DNA of 64,000 bases from a virus. Below, piece by piece: positions 51,217 through 61,548 of this stretch. Position numbers and translations under genes: made by a program. Numbering within the stretch: position 1 is the first letter of the stretch; every line of letters starts with the position of its first letter. The stretch is taken from the IMG/VR virus record IMGVR_UViG_3300032116_000013, positions 96,001 to 160,000 of that record. The stretch is one strand, 5' to 3'. Below the pieces are notes generated by a model. The model ran no database searches. It was not told the DNA's origin and saw nothing but the letters and a program-made list of their open reading frames with translations.

Positions 51217-51552
51217 ATGAGTTACACAGAACTTACAATTGATCAAGGATCAACATTTAATTACGAGATCAATTTAAAACAGCAAGATGGCACAAGTTTG
51301 AATTTGACTAACTGTGTATTCACAGGTCAAATCCGTAAATCATATTATTCTAGAAAACAAACTGCAAATTTAACTATCAATGTAATTGATTCTGCAAATG
51401 GAAAAATCAATTTGACTCTTACTGCAGCCAACACTGCTACTATTGCTGCTGGTAGATATTTGTACGATGTTAAGATGGCAAATACTGCTAACGGCGTTGT
51501 AAGTAGAATTTATGAGGGAGTCGCGACTGTTACGCCACAGGTTACGAAATGA
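51217..51552 (+). CDS. Small Ig-like virion protein (BppU-N-like)
   Basis: LTIDQGSTF...QIRKSY...GRYLYDV...EGVATVTPQVT. Confidence 0.7.
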   Translation: MSYTELTIDQGSTFNYEINLKQQDGTSLNLTNCVFTGQIRKSYYSRKQTANLTINVIDSANGKINLTLTAANTATIAAGRYLYDVKMANTANGVVSRIYEGVATVTPQVTK

Positions 51553-53051
51553 CTTATAAGATTAATAATACAACAGTCATAGAAGACAATGGCGATGCTA
51601 AGTTTACCCAGTTAACAGTAACGGGTGGATCAATATTTTTACCAGACGTCAATCCAACTAGAAATACAGTTGGATACAAATTAAATTCGCAAACTAACAT
51701 CGATACTTCAGGTAGAGGCGTACATTCAAAAGTAATAATAGACGCTGCTTCGCCTAGTAATTTTGCAATAGTTGGTTCTTCTAAGAGTTCAGGATATGCT
51801 GCTGGCGGGGTTGGTATTGGAGTTAATTCAGGTCAGTTTCCTTTTGGTGGATTAGCAAGCAATTTTGCTGTCGGCGATCACCATTTTGCATTCATTAACA
51901 GATTTCCTATTAATTTTAGTGGTGCTCCTGTTTTTGTGCCTAATAGAACAGCAACTACCGAACTTTTTAGTCTCAGTACTTCTTCTTCAGTAAATAAATT
52001 CCCATTTTCTAATGAGTCTAATAACAGTTTAATTAATTCACTAGAAGTTCCTGCTGCATTTGCATCAGGAACATCATCAGAAACAACGGCATATACATTT
52101 GCTGGTACTAGTCTTCTAGATTTTGATGGTTTGATGTCAACACTTAGAGATTTTCCTAGTTTTACTAGTCCTGTTAACGCATATCACCATTTACCAAACT
52201 ATTTACAAGGATTTGTAGATAGAGTAAATATATCTACTGTACAAGGAATTTTTCAAAAATTTACTTTTTCTTCAGATATTAGTGGTTCATTAATTAGCAG
52301 TACAAACACACCACTCACTAAATTTGGAATGATGGGTTATCAAAGTCAGACTAGAGGATATACATTTGGTGGTGTACCACAACTTCCTTCTGCATTCAAT
52401 CCACCTTCTGTTACTGTCCTTTCTAGTAGTGATATGTCTAGATTTCCATTTTCTACTGAGGTTATTTCTTTAACAGGAATTTCTTCTCCATCAGGGACTT
52501 CATTTGGATCTAATGTAAACAGCGCAGAAAGTGGGTATATATTTGGCGGACATAGACTGTATGGTACTATACAGTATAATCCAAATATACCATTTTCGCT
52601 TTTAACCTCAATGATAAAATTTCCATTTGCTACTGAGACTTATACTGTTACTAACTCTAGCCTTCCATTAGGAGATTCTAGAGCATATCAACACACTCAC
52701 CAATCACCTACTCATGGTTACAGCAGCGGTGGGATTAACGACGTTGTTACTCCTGATGAAGCCACTACATATTCTATCAGAAGAAGAAAATTTGCATTTG
52801 CATCTGATAACACAATATTATCTGTTGCAAATTTATCAGAAGAATTGTATACTAGATTTGCCACGCAGTCTTCAGACGCATCTGGATACATAGACTTGAG
52901 AAGAATGACGCCAGTGACTCCTTCTTTTGCAAGAGACACTGTCGTAAGACAGAGAATGAAATTCCCATTTGCTAGCGATTCTGATGCTGCAGATAACGGC
53001 GGTTTTGTTGATTTTGGTATTGCTGGCGCTGTAGGATTTAGTGGTGGATAA
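51549..53051 (+). CDS. Kelch-like beta-propeller protein, paralog 1
   Basis: Repeated GY.xGG ... [KR]FPF[AS] units. Confidence 0.6.
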   Translation: MTYKINNTTVIEDNGDAKFTQLTVTGGSIFLPDVNPTRNTVGYKLNSQTNIDTSGRGVHSKVIIDAASPSNFAIVGSSKSSGYAAGGVGIGVNSGQFPFGGLASNFAVGDHHFAFINRFPINFSGAPVFVPNRTATTELFSLSTSSSVNKFPFSNESNNSLINSLEVPAAFASGTSSETTAYTFAGTSLLDFDGLMSTLRDFPSFTSPVNAYHHLPNYLQGFVDRVNISTVQGIFQKFTFSSDISGSLISSTNTPLTKFGMMGYQSQTRGYTFGGVPQLPSAFNPPSVTVLSSSDMSRFPFSTEVISLTGISSPSGTSFGSNVNSAESGYIFGGHRLYGTIQYNPNIPFSLLTSMIKFPFATETYTVTNSSLPLGDSRAYQHTHQSPTHGYSSGGINDVVTPDEATTYSIRRRKFAFASDNTILSVANLSEELYTRFATQSSDASGYIDLRRMTPVTPSFARDTVVRQRMKFPFASDSDAADNGGFVDFGIAGAVGFSGG

Positions 53052-53053
53052 AA

Positions 53054-54181
53054 ATGGCGTTTAAAACTAACGATACAACTAGAATTGATAATGACAGAAA
53101 AGCATCATTAACAAATGTTGCTATGCCAACTACTGGTGTTTTAGAAGTTAACACTGTTGGTGGAGGTGGCGGTGGTCCTCTCGCTTCACCTATGCAGGGA
53201 ACAGTAAAGGGTTTGGTTGCAGGTGGATCAACAAATTATGGATATCAATTTGATTCAGCACTTAACAAAGTTGAGAGTTTTCCGTTTTCTAATGAGTCTA
53301 ATGTTTTTTTGTATTCATCACTAAAAGTCGGTACTATCAGCAGCACTGGACACAGTTCTACAACTGATGGATATACAGTTGCTGGTTATACACAAATTGC
53401 TCCTAGCACTGGAAATCTTACTCCTGGTCAGCCTGTTTATATCGATCGACATTTTTTAAAATCTATAGACAAAATTCCATTCTCAGCAATAAATGTTTGC
53501 ACTTTTGTCGGCAATCTATCAGCCACGCGACATTTGGCAGGCGGTCATTCTTCACCAACATCAGGATTTGTTTCTGGTGGAGCGCATTTACCAAGCCTAC
53601 TATTAGTTCCATTAACCTCAATAGAATCATTTCCGTTTTCTACTGGTAGTGTTATTTCTTCATATGTTGGAGATTTAGGAGTAGAAAGTTATGAAACTGC
53701 AACTCAGTCAAACGAAACGCATGGATTTAGCTGTCAAAACTCTAATGCGCCATTTGTAAGAACAATTGTTTCTAGACCAGGAGAAGTAAGAATTGACAGA
53801 TTTCCGTTCAGCACTAGTGTGACTTCTACTGATATTGGTGATGCTATAGGAAATCTATATCGAGCAGGGATATCTGCTCCTGGACCAGGTTTCGGTTATA
53901 TTGCAGGTTATTTTGAATCTGGAGTCCATTTAACTGGAATACAGAAGTATCCATTTGCTTCTGGTGGATTTTCAGCTATAATAGGTGGATTGACACAAGC
54001 AACCAGCACTAATGCAGGACTTTCTTCATCCACTAATGGTTATTCCATTGCTGGAGCAACTAATGTGCCTGGCGGAACTACAAGAATTGAAAGATTTCCT
54101 TTTGCGACTGATAACAACTCTTCCTATATCGGAGACATTTCTGAGGCTAGACTCAGTTTGAATTGTAGTTTCCAAGATTAA
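53054..54181 (+). CDS. Kelch-like beta-propeller protein, paralog 2
   Basis: Six [IV][DE].FPF[SA]...[VI]G[DN]L...SS.T.G[YF] units. Confidence 0.7.
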   Translation: MAFKTNDTTRIDNDRKASLTNVAMPTTGVLEVNTVGGGGGGPLASPMQGTVKGLVAGGSTNYGYQFDSALNKVESFPFSNESNVFLYSSLKVGTISSTGHSSTTDGYTVAGYTQIAPSTGNLTPGQPVYIDRHFLKSIDKIPFSAINVCTFVGNLSATRHLAGGHSSPTSGFVSGGAHLPSLLLVPLTSIESFPFSTGSVISSYVGDLGVESYETATQSNETHGFSCQNSNAPFVRTIVSRPGEVRIDRFPFSTSVTSTDIGDAIGNLYRAGISAPGPGFGYIAGYFESGVHLTGIQKYPFASGGFSAIIGGLTQATSTNAGLSSSTNGYSIAGATNVPGGTTRIERFPFATDNNSSYIGDISEARLSLNCSFQD

Positions 54182-54209
54182 TATTATTGTAAATTATGGA
54201 GTTTAAGTT

Positions 54210-55454
54210 ATGGACAAATTACCAAGCCCTAAAGATTATTTTGATAAATTTGGTTATGTTATTCTAAAAGAAGCACTACCAAAGGACGTATGTAAACAAT
54301 TAACAGAACATATGTTCAAGTTATTTGATGAAGGTAAATTAATTAAAGATGAACAATGTCCATTAAGTGATTCCGTCTACGGTGATCCAATTTTTGATGA
54401 TCTTTTGCAAAAATATGCAAAACCTTTGGGCGATCACGTTGGAAAAAATCTACTTCCGACCTATACTTATGCAAGAATTTATCGAAACGGCGAGGTCTTA
54501 AAAAGACATAAAGACCGACCAGCGTGCGAGATCAGCGCAACAATTACTCTTGGATATGATGGTCTAAAGGTTTGGCCAATATTCTTTGACGAAGAAAAAG
54601 AAATTGCAGTTGATCTTGAAATTGGAGAATTAGCACTGTACAAAGGCTGTGATATTACTCACTGGAGACCAGCATTCAAAGGTAAGTGGCAAGTACAAGT
54701 GTTCTTTCATTATGTAGACGCAGATGGTCCATACAAAGAAGAATACAAAGATCGAAGAAAACAATTTGGAGTAGACAAGACGACTGCTCAACAACAAAAA
54801 AATGATGACCAATTGTCGTTCCCGCTACCTTTGTTTAATTCCGTTATTATCCCTCATGCTGATGAAAAATTCCCAGGGTATTTTTGCATAGACAGTAATA
54901 ATCTAAAGGAATTGATGTTTACTAAAGAAGAATGCGATAAGATTATTAAAATTGCAAAAGAAAACTACGCTGCTCCAGCCTCTATCGGCGGCGGAAACGG
55001 AGGAATGATAGAAAGAAAGATTCGATCTGCAGAAATCTACAATGTAGATAATACTGAGGAAAACAGATGGATTTTCGGGAAGATGGCTTCTATCGTATCC
55101 CTAGTAAACAAATATCACTTCGATTATGATATTGCAGGGATTACGCATTCGCTACAATTGATCGAGTATGTTTCGACTGAAAGCGTTAAAGGACACTATG
55201 AGTGGCATACAGACTCAGGTCCTGGTCCTTCTGCTCTTAGAAAGATCTCGGTTACTGTACAATTAAGCGACCCATCAGACTATGAGGGTTGCGGTTTGTT
55301 TATAAATAATCATGGTTCTATTGTAGAAGGCACAAAAGAACGCGGTTCCGTTCATATGTTCCCGAGTTATATGGTTCACAAGGTAGACCCTATTGAAAAG
55401 GGTACTCGATATGCATTGGTTATTTGGATTCATGGATCAAGGAGATTTAAATGA
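54210..55454 (+). CDS. Tandem two-domain 2OG-Fe(II) oxygenase (prolyl-hydroxylase-like)
   Basis: Domain 1 has RHKDRPACEIS...FFHYV. Domain 2 has YEWHTD...RKISVTVQLS...YEG...FPSYMVHKVDP...GTRYALVIW. Confidence 0.88.
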   Translation: MDKLPSPKDYFDKFGYVILKEALPKDVCKQLTEHMFKLFDEGKLIKDEQCPLSDSVYGDPIFDDLLQKYAKPLGDHVGKNLLPTYTYARIYRNGEVLKRHKDRPACEISATITLGYDGLKVWPIFFDEEKEIAVDLEIGELALYKGCDITHWRPAFKGKWQVQVFFHYVDADGPYKEEYKDRRKQFGVDKTTAQQQKNDDQLSFPLPLFNSVIIPHADEKFPGYFCIDSNNLKELMFTKEECDKIIKIAKENYAAPASIGGGNGGMIERKIRSAEIYNVDNTEENRWIFGKMASIVSLVNKYHFDYDIAGITHSLQLIEYVSTESVKGHYEWHTDSGPGPSALRKISVTVQLSDPSDYEGCGLFINNHGSIVEGTKERGSVHMFPSYMVHKVDPIEKGTRYALVIWIHGSRRFK

Positions 55455-56404
55455 GTGAAGTTCAAAGTGATACACAAACATTGGAATTGAAGCAGCCAGA
55501 AAATGTTACCAACAAACAGGTAGCAATTTTTGAAGAAATTCGTAAGGATTTGGCAGTTTCTTCCGAAGTGAAGGTGCCATTGAATTATGTTTTTGGTAAG
55601 GGTCAACTTGCCAATTTGCAAAGTTTTGGTGGAACATCAATTCAGGCTAACGCTGAGAAAGTTGATAAAGCCTTGCAAAATATGAGTGAGTTGCAGAATA
55701 TTTGGAACCATAGCCACACGCAGTGGATTTGGAGGCATTTGAATCTCAGTTATCATTCTCCACATAAGAATATGCGCCAGATTTGCGCAGAAATTGCAGC
55801 AAAAAGATCTGCGCTGAATGATGCTAAGTGGAAACACGTAGAAGCCGAGTTGCGCCTACGTCAAATTGAAGAACAATTGGCAAAAGAAAATCTTGAGTAT
55901 TGGACTGAAGTCAGGCTCAAGATTGAGTTGGTCAGAATTAAAGAGAGTCTATCAGAAGGCGTGACCTATATTGAAGGCGCCATGAAGGATGTTCTAGTGT
56001 TGAATGAACTTTATGAGCAGTTGAAAGAAAAGGTTTCTGACTTCTCAGAATATGATATTGAGAAGGTAGAGACAAAGTCACACCTCAAGAGAGCGCTCGT
56101 TCAATGTATTCGCGACGTTCGCCAGTTCGGTTCAATTTCTAAGGGTGAGCAAGAATATATTGAGCAGATTGGAATTAATCCAATGAAGTTGCAGAACCTT
56201 ATGCGTAAATATGTCCAAGCAGAAGAAAATTCTGATTCTTGGGATGTCAGCGGTCTATATGAGTTCGTTGATAAACTCACAGAAGAGTTGGTTGATGTTT
56301 ATAAGGTTGATGTTGTAAGAATGAGAATGCAGGGATTTAGCGAAAATCCAATCGAGAATTTCTCATACACTGAGAAGGTTGCATTGTTAAACAAAGACAA
56401 GTAA
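55451..56404 (+). CDS. Hypothetical coiled-coil protein
   Basis: Long E/K/L heptad-like helices, no recognised motif. Confidence 0.6.
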   Translation: MSEVQSDTQTLELKQPENVTNKQVAIFEEIRKDLAVSSEVKVPLNYVFGKGQLANLQSFGGTSIQANAEKVDKALQNMSELQNIWNHSHTQWIWRHLNLSYHSPHKNMRQICAEIAAKRSALNDAKWKHVEAELRLRQIEEQLAKENLEYWTEVRLKIELVRIKESLSEGVTYIEGAMKDVLVLNELYEQLKEKVSDFSEYDIEKVETKSHLKRALVQCIRDVRQFGSISKGEQEYIEQIGINPMKLQNLMRKYVQAEENSDSWDVSGLYEFVDKLTEELVDVYKVDVVRMRMQGFSENPIENFSYTEKVALLNKDK

Positions 56405-56416
56405 AGAGAAAACAAA

Positions 56417-56749
56417 ATGGCAGTAGTAGAATATATGGTTTATAAGGAAGGCAGCAGAAGAGTTGTACCTTCTTTTCTATCAGATTGCGGTCATTGGAGA
56501 AACCCAGCCGATAACACTTTTATTGGCTGGGTCGATGATGTCAGAGATTTCTATGTTCCTGACACACTATCTTTTTTGACTAAAGAACAATTTGCTGCAC
56601 GAGCAGTCGAAATGCATCACGCTAATCCTCAAGAAAAACTTGATCCTAATAATCCAGAAGTTAGTGTTCAGTTGACAGATCAAGAAGTGATTGACCTTGC
56701 AAATTTTTGGTATGATGATTATGTTTCTAGAAATTCTCAGCAAACATAA
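56417..56749 (+). CDS. Hypothetical protein
   Basis: Clean ORF with a purine-rich RBS. Confidence 0.6.
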   Translation: MAVVEYMVYKEGSRRVVPSFLSDCGHWRNPADNTFIGWVDDVRDFYVPDTLSFLTKEQFAARAVEMHHANPQEKLDPNNPEVSVQLTDQEVIDLANFWYDDYVSRNSQQT

Positions 56750-56755
56750 TAAAAA

Positions 56756-58189
56756 ATGACCATTAAAGTTTACAGAGACAGAATAGAATTAGGAAACTAT
56801 ACATTAACGGCAACACCAACAGGTGCTTCGTTTAATGGTAGTATTGCTGTTTCTAAATTAGGCAATAATTTTACTGTAGGTCAGGGAAAGTCTTTTGCAT
56901 ATAAACACGGAGCAATAAACAGTTGGGTTGGACCAAGTTCTTTTACAGCATCACCTGTGACTGTTTCTTCTTATAGATTTCCATTTGTTTCTGATCAAAT
57001 AATACAAGACGTCAGTTCCTTTAATCTAGTTCCTATTAACAATGTTTCTAGAGGAACATATCATTCTAGCGAAACTCATGGGTATACTACTAAAGGAGCA
57101 GCAATAGGTAGTGTCGCGACTGCTGGCAGGGCTAATTATTTTAATGGGTTTTCCTCGTGGCATCCTGCTTCTTCTAATGGTCTGCAGCCAATTACGAGAT
57201 ATTCGTTTAGTTCTTTCGCAGGCAGCGAAGATATCGGTGCTCTTTCTCAAACTTTAAATCCTTTTAATTCTGCAACTAATCATATGGTTAGTGTTCCATC
57301 TTTTATAGGATTTTCTTCTAAAGAAAATGGTTATGTCGGCAGCGGTTATTTTCCTGGTTTTTTCTCCCCAGTTTTAGGATTAATTTCAACTAGAATTGGA
57401 TTAGTTAAATTTTCTTTCAGCGATTCAAGTAATAAAGCAGTTTTATTTCAGGAAGATACTAGATTACCATCTGTGCCTACAGCGCCAAATATAGATTCAG
57501 CAGTTGCTACTCCTAATTGGCTCGGCACTAGTCTAAGTAACGAAAATTATGGCTATTTTATAAATTCTAAAAGTGTAACAGTCACTCCACAAGGTTCAAT
57601 ACCTGCCACATTCTACAGAAAATTTCCATTTATCACTGAATCGCAATTGTTTAACATAGGGACGCTTTCTACTAATCCAACAGAACAGTCTGAGCAATAT
57701 ATGACAGGTATTACTGGTCCAACAGCAGGATATTGGGTCAGCGGTCAACCAGAGGCTTTAAACGGTAGTCTAATACTTACTCCGACATCACCGCCAATCT
57801 CGCCTACTCAGTTATTTAGAAGTCAAACTTCTAGTAATAAAACTCATAAATTTCCTTTTGCTACTGATGTAATATCAGTAATCTCTCACACCCCAGAAGT
57901 TGGTTTTGCATATTCAGGAAGTTCTAGTGAGACCAAGGGTTATTTGTTAAACGGATATGTAGAAAATGCACTACCACCATTATCAGTTCCTTTCCAAGTT
58001 AGCAATCGTCAATTCACTAGCATTGTAACTAGCGATGCTTTTTCTCCAGTTAATAATGTCGGTGTTCCTTTTATATTTCAAATTGCTGGTGGTTTTAGAA
58101 AATCTTTTTCTTTTTCTTCCGAGGCTACGATGGTTTCCTTAACCGACGGTTTAAATCAAGATTCTAGCGGCGGAGCACATCAGCAATAA
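56756..58189 (+). CDS. Kelch-like beta-propeller protein, paralog 3
   Basis: MTIKVYRDRIELGNYTL leader; YRFPFVSD, RKFPFITE and HKFPFATD units. Confidence 0.6.
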   Translation: MTIKVYRDRIELGNYTLTATPTGASFNGSIAVSKLGNNFTVGQGKSFAYKHGAINSWVGPSSFTASPVTVSSYRFPFVSDQIIQDVSSFNLVPINNVSRGTYHSSETHGYTTKGAAIGSVATAGRANYFNGFSSWHPASSNGLQPITRYSFSSFAGSEDIGALSQTLNPFNSATNHMVSVPSFIGFSSKENGYVGSGYFPGFFSPVLGLISTRIGLVKFSFSDSSNKAVLFQEDTRLPSVPTAPNIDSAVATPNWLGTSLSNENYGYFINSKSVTVTPQGSIPATFYRKFPFITESQLFNIGTLSTNPTEQSEQYMTGITGPTAGYWVSGQPEALNGSLILTPTSPPISPTQLFRSQTSSNKTHKFPFATDVISVISHTPEVGFAYSGSSSETKGYLLNGYVENALPPLSVPFQVSNRQFTSIVTSDAFSPVNNVGVPFIFQIAGGFRKSFSFSSEATMVSLTDGLNQDSSGGAHQQ

Positions 58190-58190
58190 A

Positions 58191-59429
58191 ATGACTATTA
58201 AAATTTTAGAAGACAAAATAGAATTTGATAATTTTTCATTAACGCTTTCTAACAGAGGATTAAGCGTTAATGAAAAAAATAGTTCATCAATTTTGGCTGA
58301 GTTAAAAGCGGCTTCTATTTTACAGAGCACATATTCTTTTCAGGGCAGTCAATTCGGTTACATTTCAGGTGGGTATTCTATTCCTTCTACTTTCGGTGGA
58401 CCATCACCATCTGGATTAGGATTAGAAGAAACTCAGCAAATTTTAAAGTTTCCTTTAGTTGTTGCTGGTGGTTTACTTTCTCAAGTTTCAAATTTAACTG
58501 ATCAGCAAGGGCATGGACTCACTGGTAATAAATCTGCAATTAGCGGATATACTTGTGGCAGCCTCTACAATACTTTTTCTTGGCCAACTGCACCATCAAG
58601 TCCAGCAAAACCTATTGAGTATACTAGCGTTCGTAGCGGAAAAAGTAGATTATCATTTAGTTCAGATTATAATACAACAGAAGGTGGTACTTTTGACGAT
58701 GGCGCATTTGATTATGCTGCTGGTCACTCTAGTTCCACACATGGATATGTCTCTGGCGGTAGAGTAAGTTATGCAATACCAGGAAATCCAGTTTTTACTG
58801 TAAGTGGAACAACATCAATTAGAAAATTTTCTTTTGCTGCAGATTCTAACGGCACTATAGTTGGTAATTTACAGGGTGTTGATTTGGGCGAAAGAATGTT
58901 TGCCGCTGGTTGCTCTTCTTCGACTGATGGATTTTCTGTTACTAGAAACAATAACAATAAATTTCCGTATGCATCTGAGTCTAGTGTGTCGTTTGCTCCG
59001 AATGTGCTTCCAGGAACTTATGATTTAAGTGCGGCTCTTTCATCTACCACTCATGGGTACATTGCAGGCGGTTCACTTGGAGTTCCAGTGAGTTTCGGGG
59101 CTACAGGCATAGGCGGAAATTTAAACACTGGAGGAACTCCAGGAACTATTAATCCATATGGTCCTGATGATCCAGTAAGAGATATAAGAAAATTTTCTTT
59201 TTCTAGTCACTCTACAGTAACTTTAATTGGTAATTTAATTTATCGTAAAGGAAGTTGCACTGGCATTTCTTCTATTGCACATGGAATAGTAGTTGGCGGA
59301 AGATCTAATCCTACAGGTTATGCTGGACAACAATTAATTGAAAGGTTCCCTTTTGCTGCAGATGTAAATGGGATTGAAGTCGGCGATATGACAAGATCAA
59401 AAAATGGCTCAGCAGGATTCCAATACTAA
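58191..59429 (+). CDS. Kelch-like beta-propeller protein, paralog 4
   Basis: MTIKILEDKIEF leader; SSTHGYVSGG, IRKFSF and IERFPFAAD. Confidence 0.65.
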   Translation: MTIKILEDKIEFDNFSLTLSNRGLSVNEKNSSSILAELKAASILQSTYSFQGSQFGYISGGYSIPSTFGGPSPSGLGLEETQQILKFPLVVAGGLLSQVSNLTDQQGHGLTGNKSAISGYTCGSLYNTFSWPTAPSSPAKPIEYTSVRSGKSRLSFSSDYNTTEGGTFDDGAFDYAAGHSSSTHGYVSGGRVSYAIPGNPVFTVSGTTSIRKFSFAADSNGTIVGNLQGVDLGERMFAAGCSSSTDGFSVTRNNNNKFPYASESSVSFAPNVLPGTYDLSAALSSTTHGYIAGGSLGVPVSFGATGIGGNLNTGGTPGTINPYGPDDPVRDIRKFSFSSHSTVTLIGNLIYRKGSCTGISSIAHGIVVGGRSNPTGYAGQQLIERFPFAADVNGIEVGDMTRSKNGSAGFQY

Positions 59430-60748
59430 TGGCAATTAAAATATCTTCAGATAAAATAGAAATAGGCAATTACACGCTGACTGAATCTTCTGGCGGGATC
59501 ATCGGTATGAGAAAATTTGCTGCAGATAAAATTAAAGGTTCTCTAACTTTTAATGGAACTTTGTCTGTAACTTCTATTTACAGTACAGACTCACAAGCCA
59601 CTCGTGGAACTTTTAGCGGAGGAGTCATAAATCCTCTAAGTAATTCTTGGGCAGGAATAGATAAATTTCCATTTTCTACTATTTCTTTGGCTAGATCAGT
59701 TTCTAACTTATTTCAATCTAGAGCATATTCGGCTGCTGCATCTTCTAGAACTAGCGGTTATGTTTTTGGCGGTACTGCTGGAACAGTTACTCCTCTATTA
59801 AATCCAGCAAATCCAACCAGCGGCGCTGTGAGCACTATAGACAGATTTGCTTTTTATAATGATTTAAATGCAAAAAGTATAGGATCTTTAAGTACCAACA
59901 GAACATTATCTTCTGGTCAATCTTCTCAGAGTCATGGGTATAGCACTGGCGGAATCAGCGGTTTTAACACATACATTTCTACTATTAGTAAATATCCATT
60001 TTCAACAGATAATGGTGCGCAAGATACATCAAATTTACAAACTTCTGGGTTTGGAAGAGCAGGTATTTCTTCTAGTATTAATGGTTATTATATGTCTAGA
60101 ATTGATGCTAGAAATCGTATGTTGAGTTTTACAACTACTGATGCACCGCAAATTAAAAATGGAAAATTTCCATTTGCAAATGATGCTGCTGTTTCACTAA
60201 TACCTACATTTGCAGGAAATTTACCAACTGTAATGACTGGAGCATCAGCACCTGATTCTGGATATTTTGTTAACTATTGCCTCTTTTCAAATTATACGCA
60301 TCCGCAAACGCCATATTTGGGTGGTTCTACTACTAGATTATCTAAATTTCCTTTTGCAAGCGAAATAACTATTAATGTTGCTGGTTATCTTTATGGGGCG
60401 CATCCTTCTACTATAATTAATAGATTTACTCAAAATAACAGTACTGTGGTATTAGGTCCATCTTTCCCTTATTCAGGATCTCCTGCTGAATTTACTGCTC
60501 ATATATCAGAACATAATTACATAGCATGTTCTTCTGGAGAAACTATGGCTGTTTTAGGTGGCGGTTCTCTGGGAGAACCATCGCCAACAACAAATAACCT
60601 AAACCCATTTTTTAATGTGGGAACTCCTAATATCTACTATAAAATGAGAAGAATGGACTCATTTCCTTTTTCTTCTGAGACATTCTGTACCTATGTTGGC
60701 GATTTATCAACTGGTAGAAGTGGTATGGTAGGACACTCTGATAAATAA
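59429..60748 (+). CDS. Kelch-like beta-propeller protein, paralog 5
   Basis: MAIKISSDKIEIGNYTL leader; IDKFPFS, ISKYPFSTD and KFPFAND. Confidence 0.65.
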   Translation: MAIKISSDKIEIGNYTLTESSGGIIGMRKFAADKIKGSLTFNGTLSVTSIYSTDSQATRGTFSGGVINPLSNSWAGIDKFPFSTISLARSVSNLFQSRAYSAAASSRTSGYVFGGTAGTVTPLLNPANPTSGAVSTIDRFAFYNDLNAKSIGSLSTNRTLSSGQSSQSHGYSTGGISGFNTYISTISKYPFSTDNGAQDTSNLQTSGFGRAGISSSINGYYMSRIDARNRMLSFTTTDAPQIKNGKFPFANDAAVSLIPTFAGNLPTVMTGASAPDSGYFVNYCLFSNYTHPQTPYLGGSTTRLSKFPFASEITINVAGYLYGAHPSTIINRFTQNNSTVVLGPSFPYSGSPAEFTAHISEHNYIACSSGETMAVLGGGSLGEPSPTTNNLNPFFNVGTPNIYYKMRRMDSFPFSSETFCTYVGDLSTGRSGMVGHSDK

Positions 60749-60751
60749 ATA
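60740..60751 (+). promoter_or_regulatory. Overlapping T4-type late promoter motifs (GATAAATAAATA)
   Basis: ATAAATA-type cores immediately upstream of gp13. Confidence 0.6.
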
Positions 60752-60774
60752 CATGATAAACCAGAGGGTCTTCA

Positions 60775-61536
60775 ATGGCAGTACCAACTTCGCGCACGGA
60801 ACTTAAAGAATATTGTCTCCGTAGTCTAGGCTTTCCAGTCATAGACATAAACGTCGACGATGATCAGGTTGAAGACCGAATAGATGATGCTCTGCAAAAG
60901 TACAGAGAGTATCATTTCGACGGAACTGAACAGATCTATTTGGCTCATAAAGTTACCAAGGGTAGCATAAAAAACAAATATCTTGAGGTTCCAGACTCAA
61001 TTATAGGTGTAACTCGCCTTTTACCTGTCAGTGCTGGTAGCATTAGTTCTAGCAGCACTCAAGGGTTTAACATTTTTGATATTAACTATCAAATTCGTCT
61101 AAACGACTTCTATAATCTAACTTCTTCGTCATATTCGTACTATGTAATCGCCAGACAACATTTGGCTATGTTGGATATGATTGTAACTGGTGAAATTCCA
61201 TTCAACTTCAATAAGAAAACCTCAAGAATTGACGTTTTTATGGACTGGAACGGTAGAGTTTCAGAGAATGATTACATCGTTTTCGAGGCACTTAGAATCG
61301 TAGACCCAGAATGCTACGAAAAGATTTATTCTGATTCTTGGATCAAAAAGTATACCACTGCTCTAATTAAAAGACAATGGGGAACTAATCTAACAAAATA
61401 CGCCAACTATACGCTTCCTGGCGGTTTGATTATAAACGGCGATAAAATTTATGCTGATGCTGAGGCTGCTATTGAATCTTTAGAAGAAGAACTGAGAGAC
61501 ACATTTGAACTGCCTCCTGCTATGCTAGTTGGATAA
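60775..61536 (+). CDS. 13: Neck protein gp13
   Basis: LKEYCLRSLGFPVIDINVDDDQVEDRIDDAL.Y..HFDG and KRQWGTNL.K. Confidence 0.95.
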   Translation: MAVPTSRTELKEYCLRSLGFPVIDINVDDDQVEDRIDDALQKYREYHFDGTEQIYLAHKVTKGSIKNKYLEVPDSIIGVTRLLPVSAGSISSSSTQGFNIFDINYQIRLNDFYNLTSSSYSYYVIARQHLAMLDMIVTGEIPFNFNKKTSRIDVFMDWNGRVSENDYIVFEALRIVDPECYEKIYSDSWIKKYTTALIKRQWGTNLTKYANYTLPGGLIINGDKIYADAEAAIESLEEELRDTFELPPAMLVG

Positions 61537-61548
61537 TAGGTTACTACA

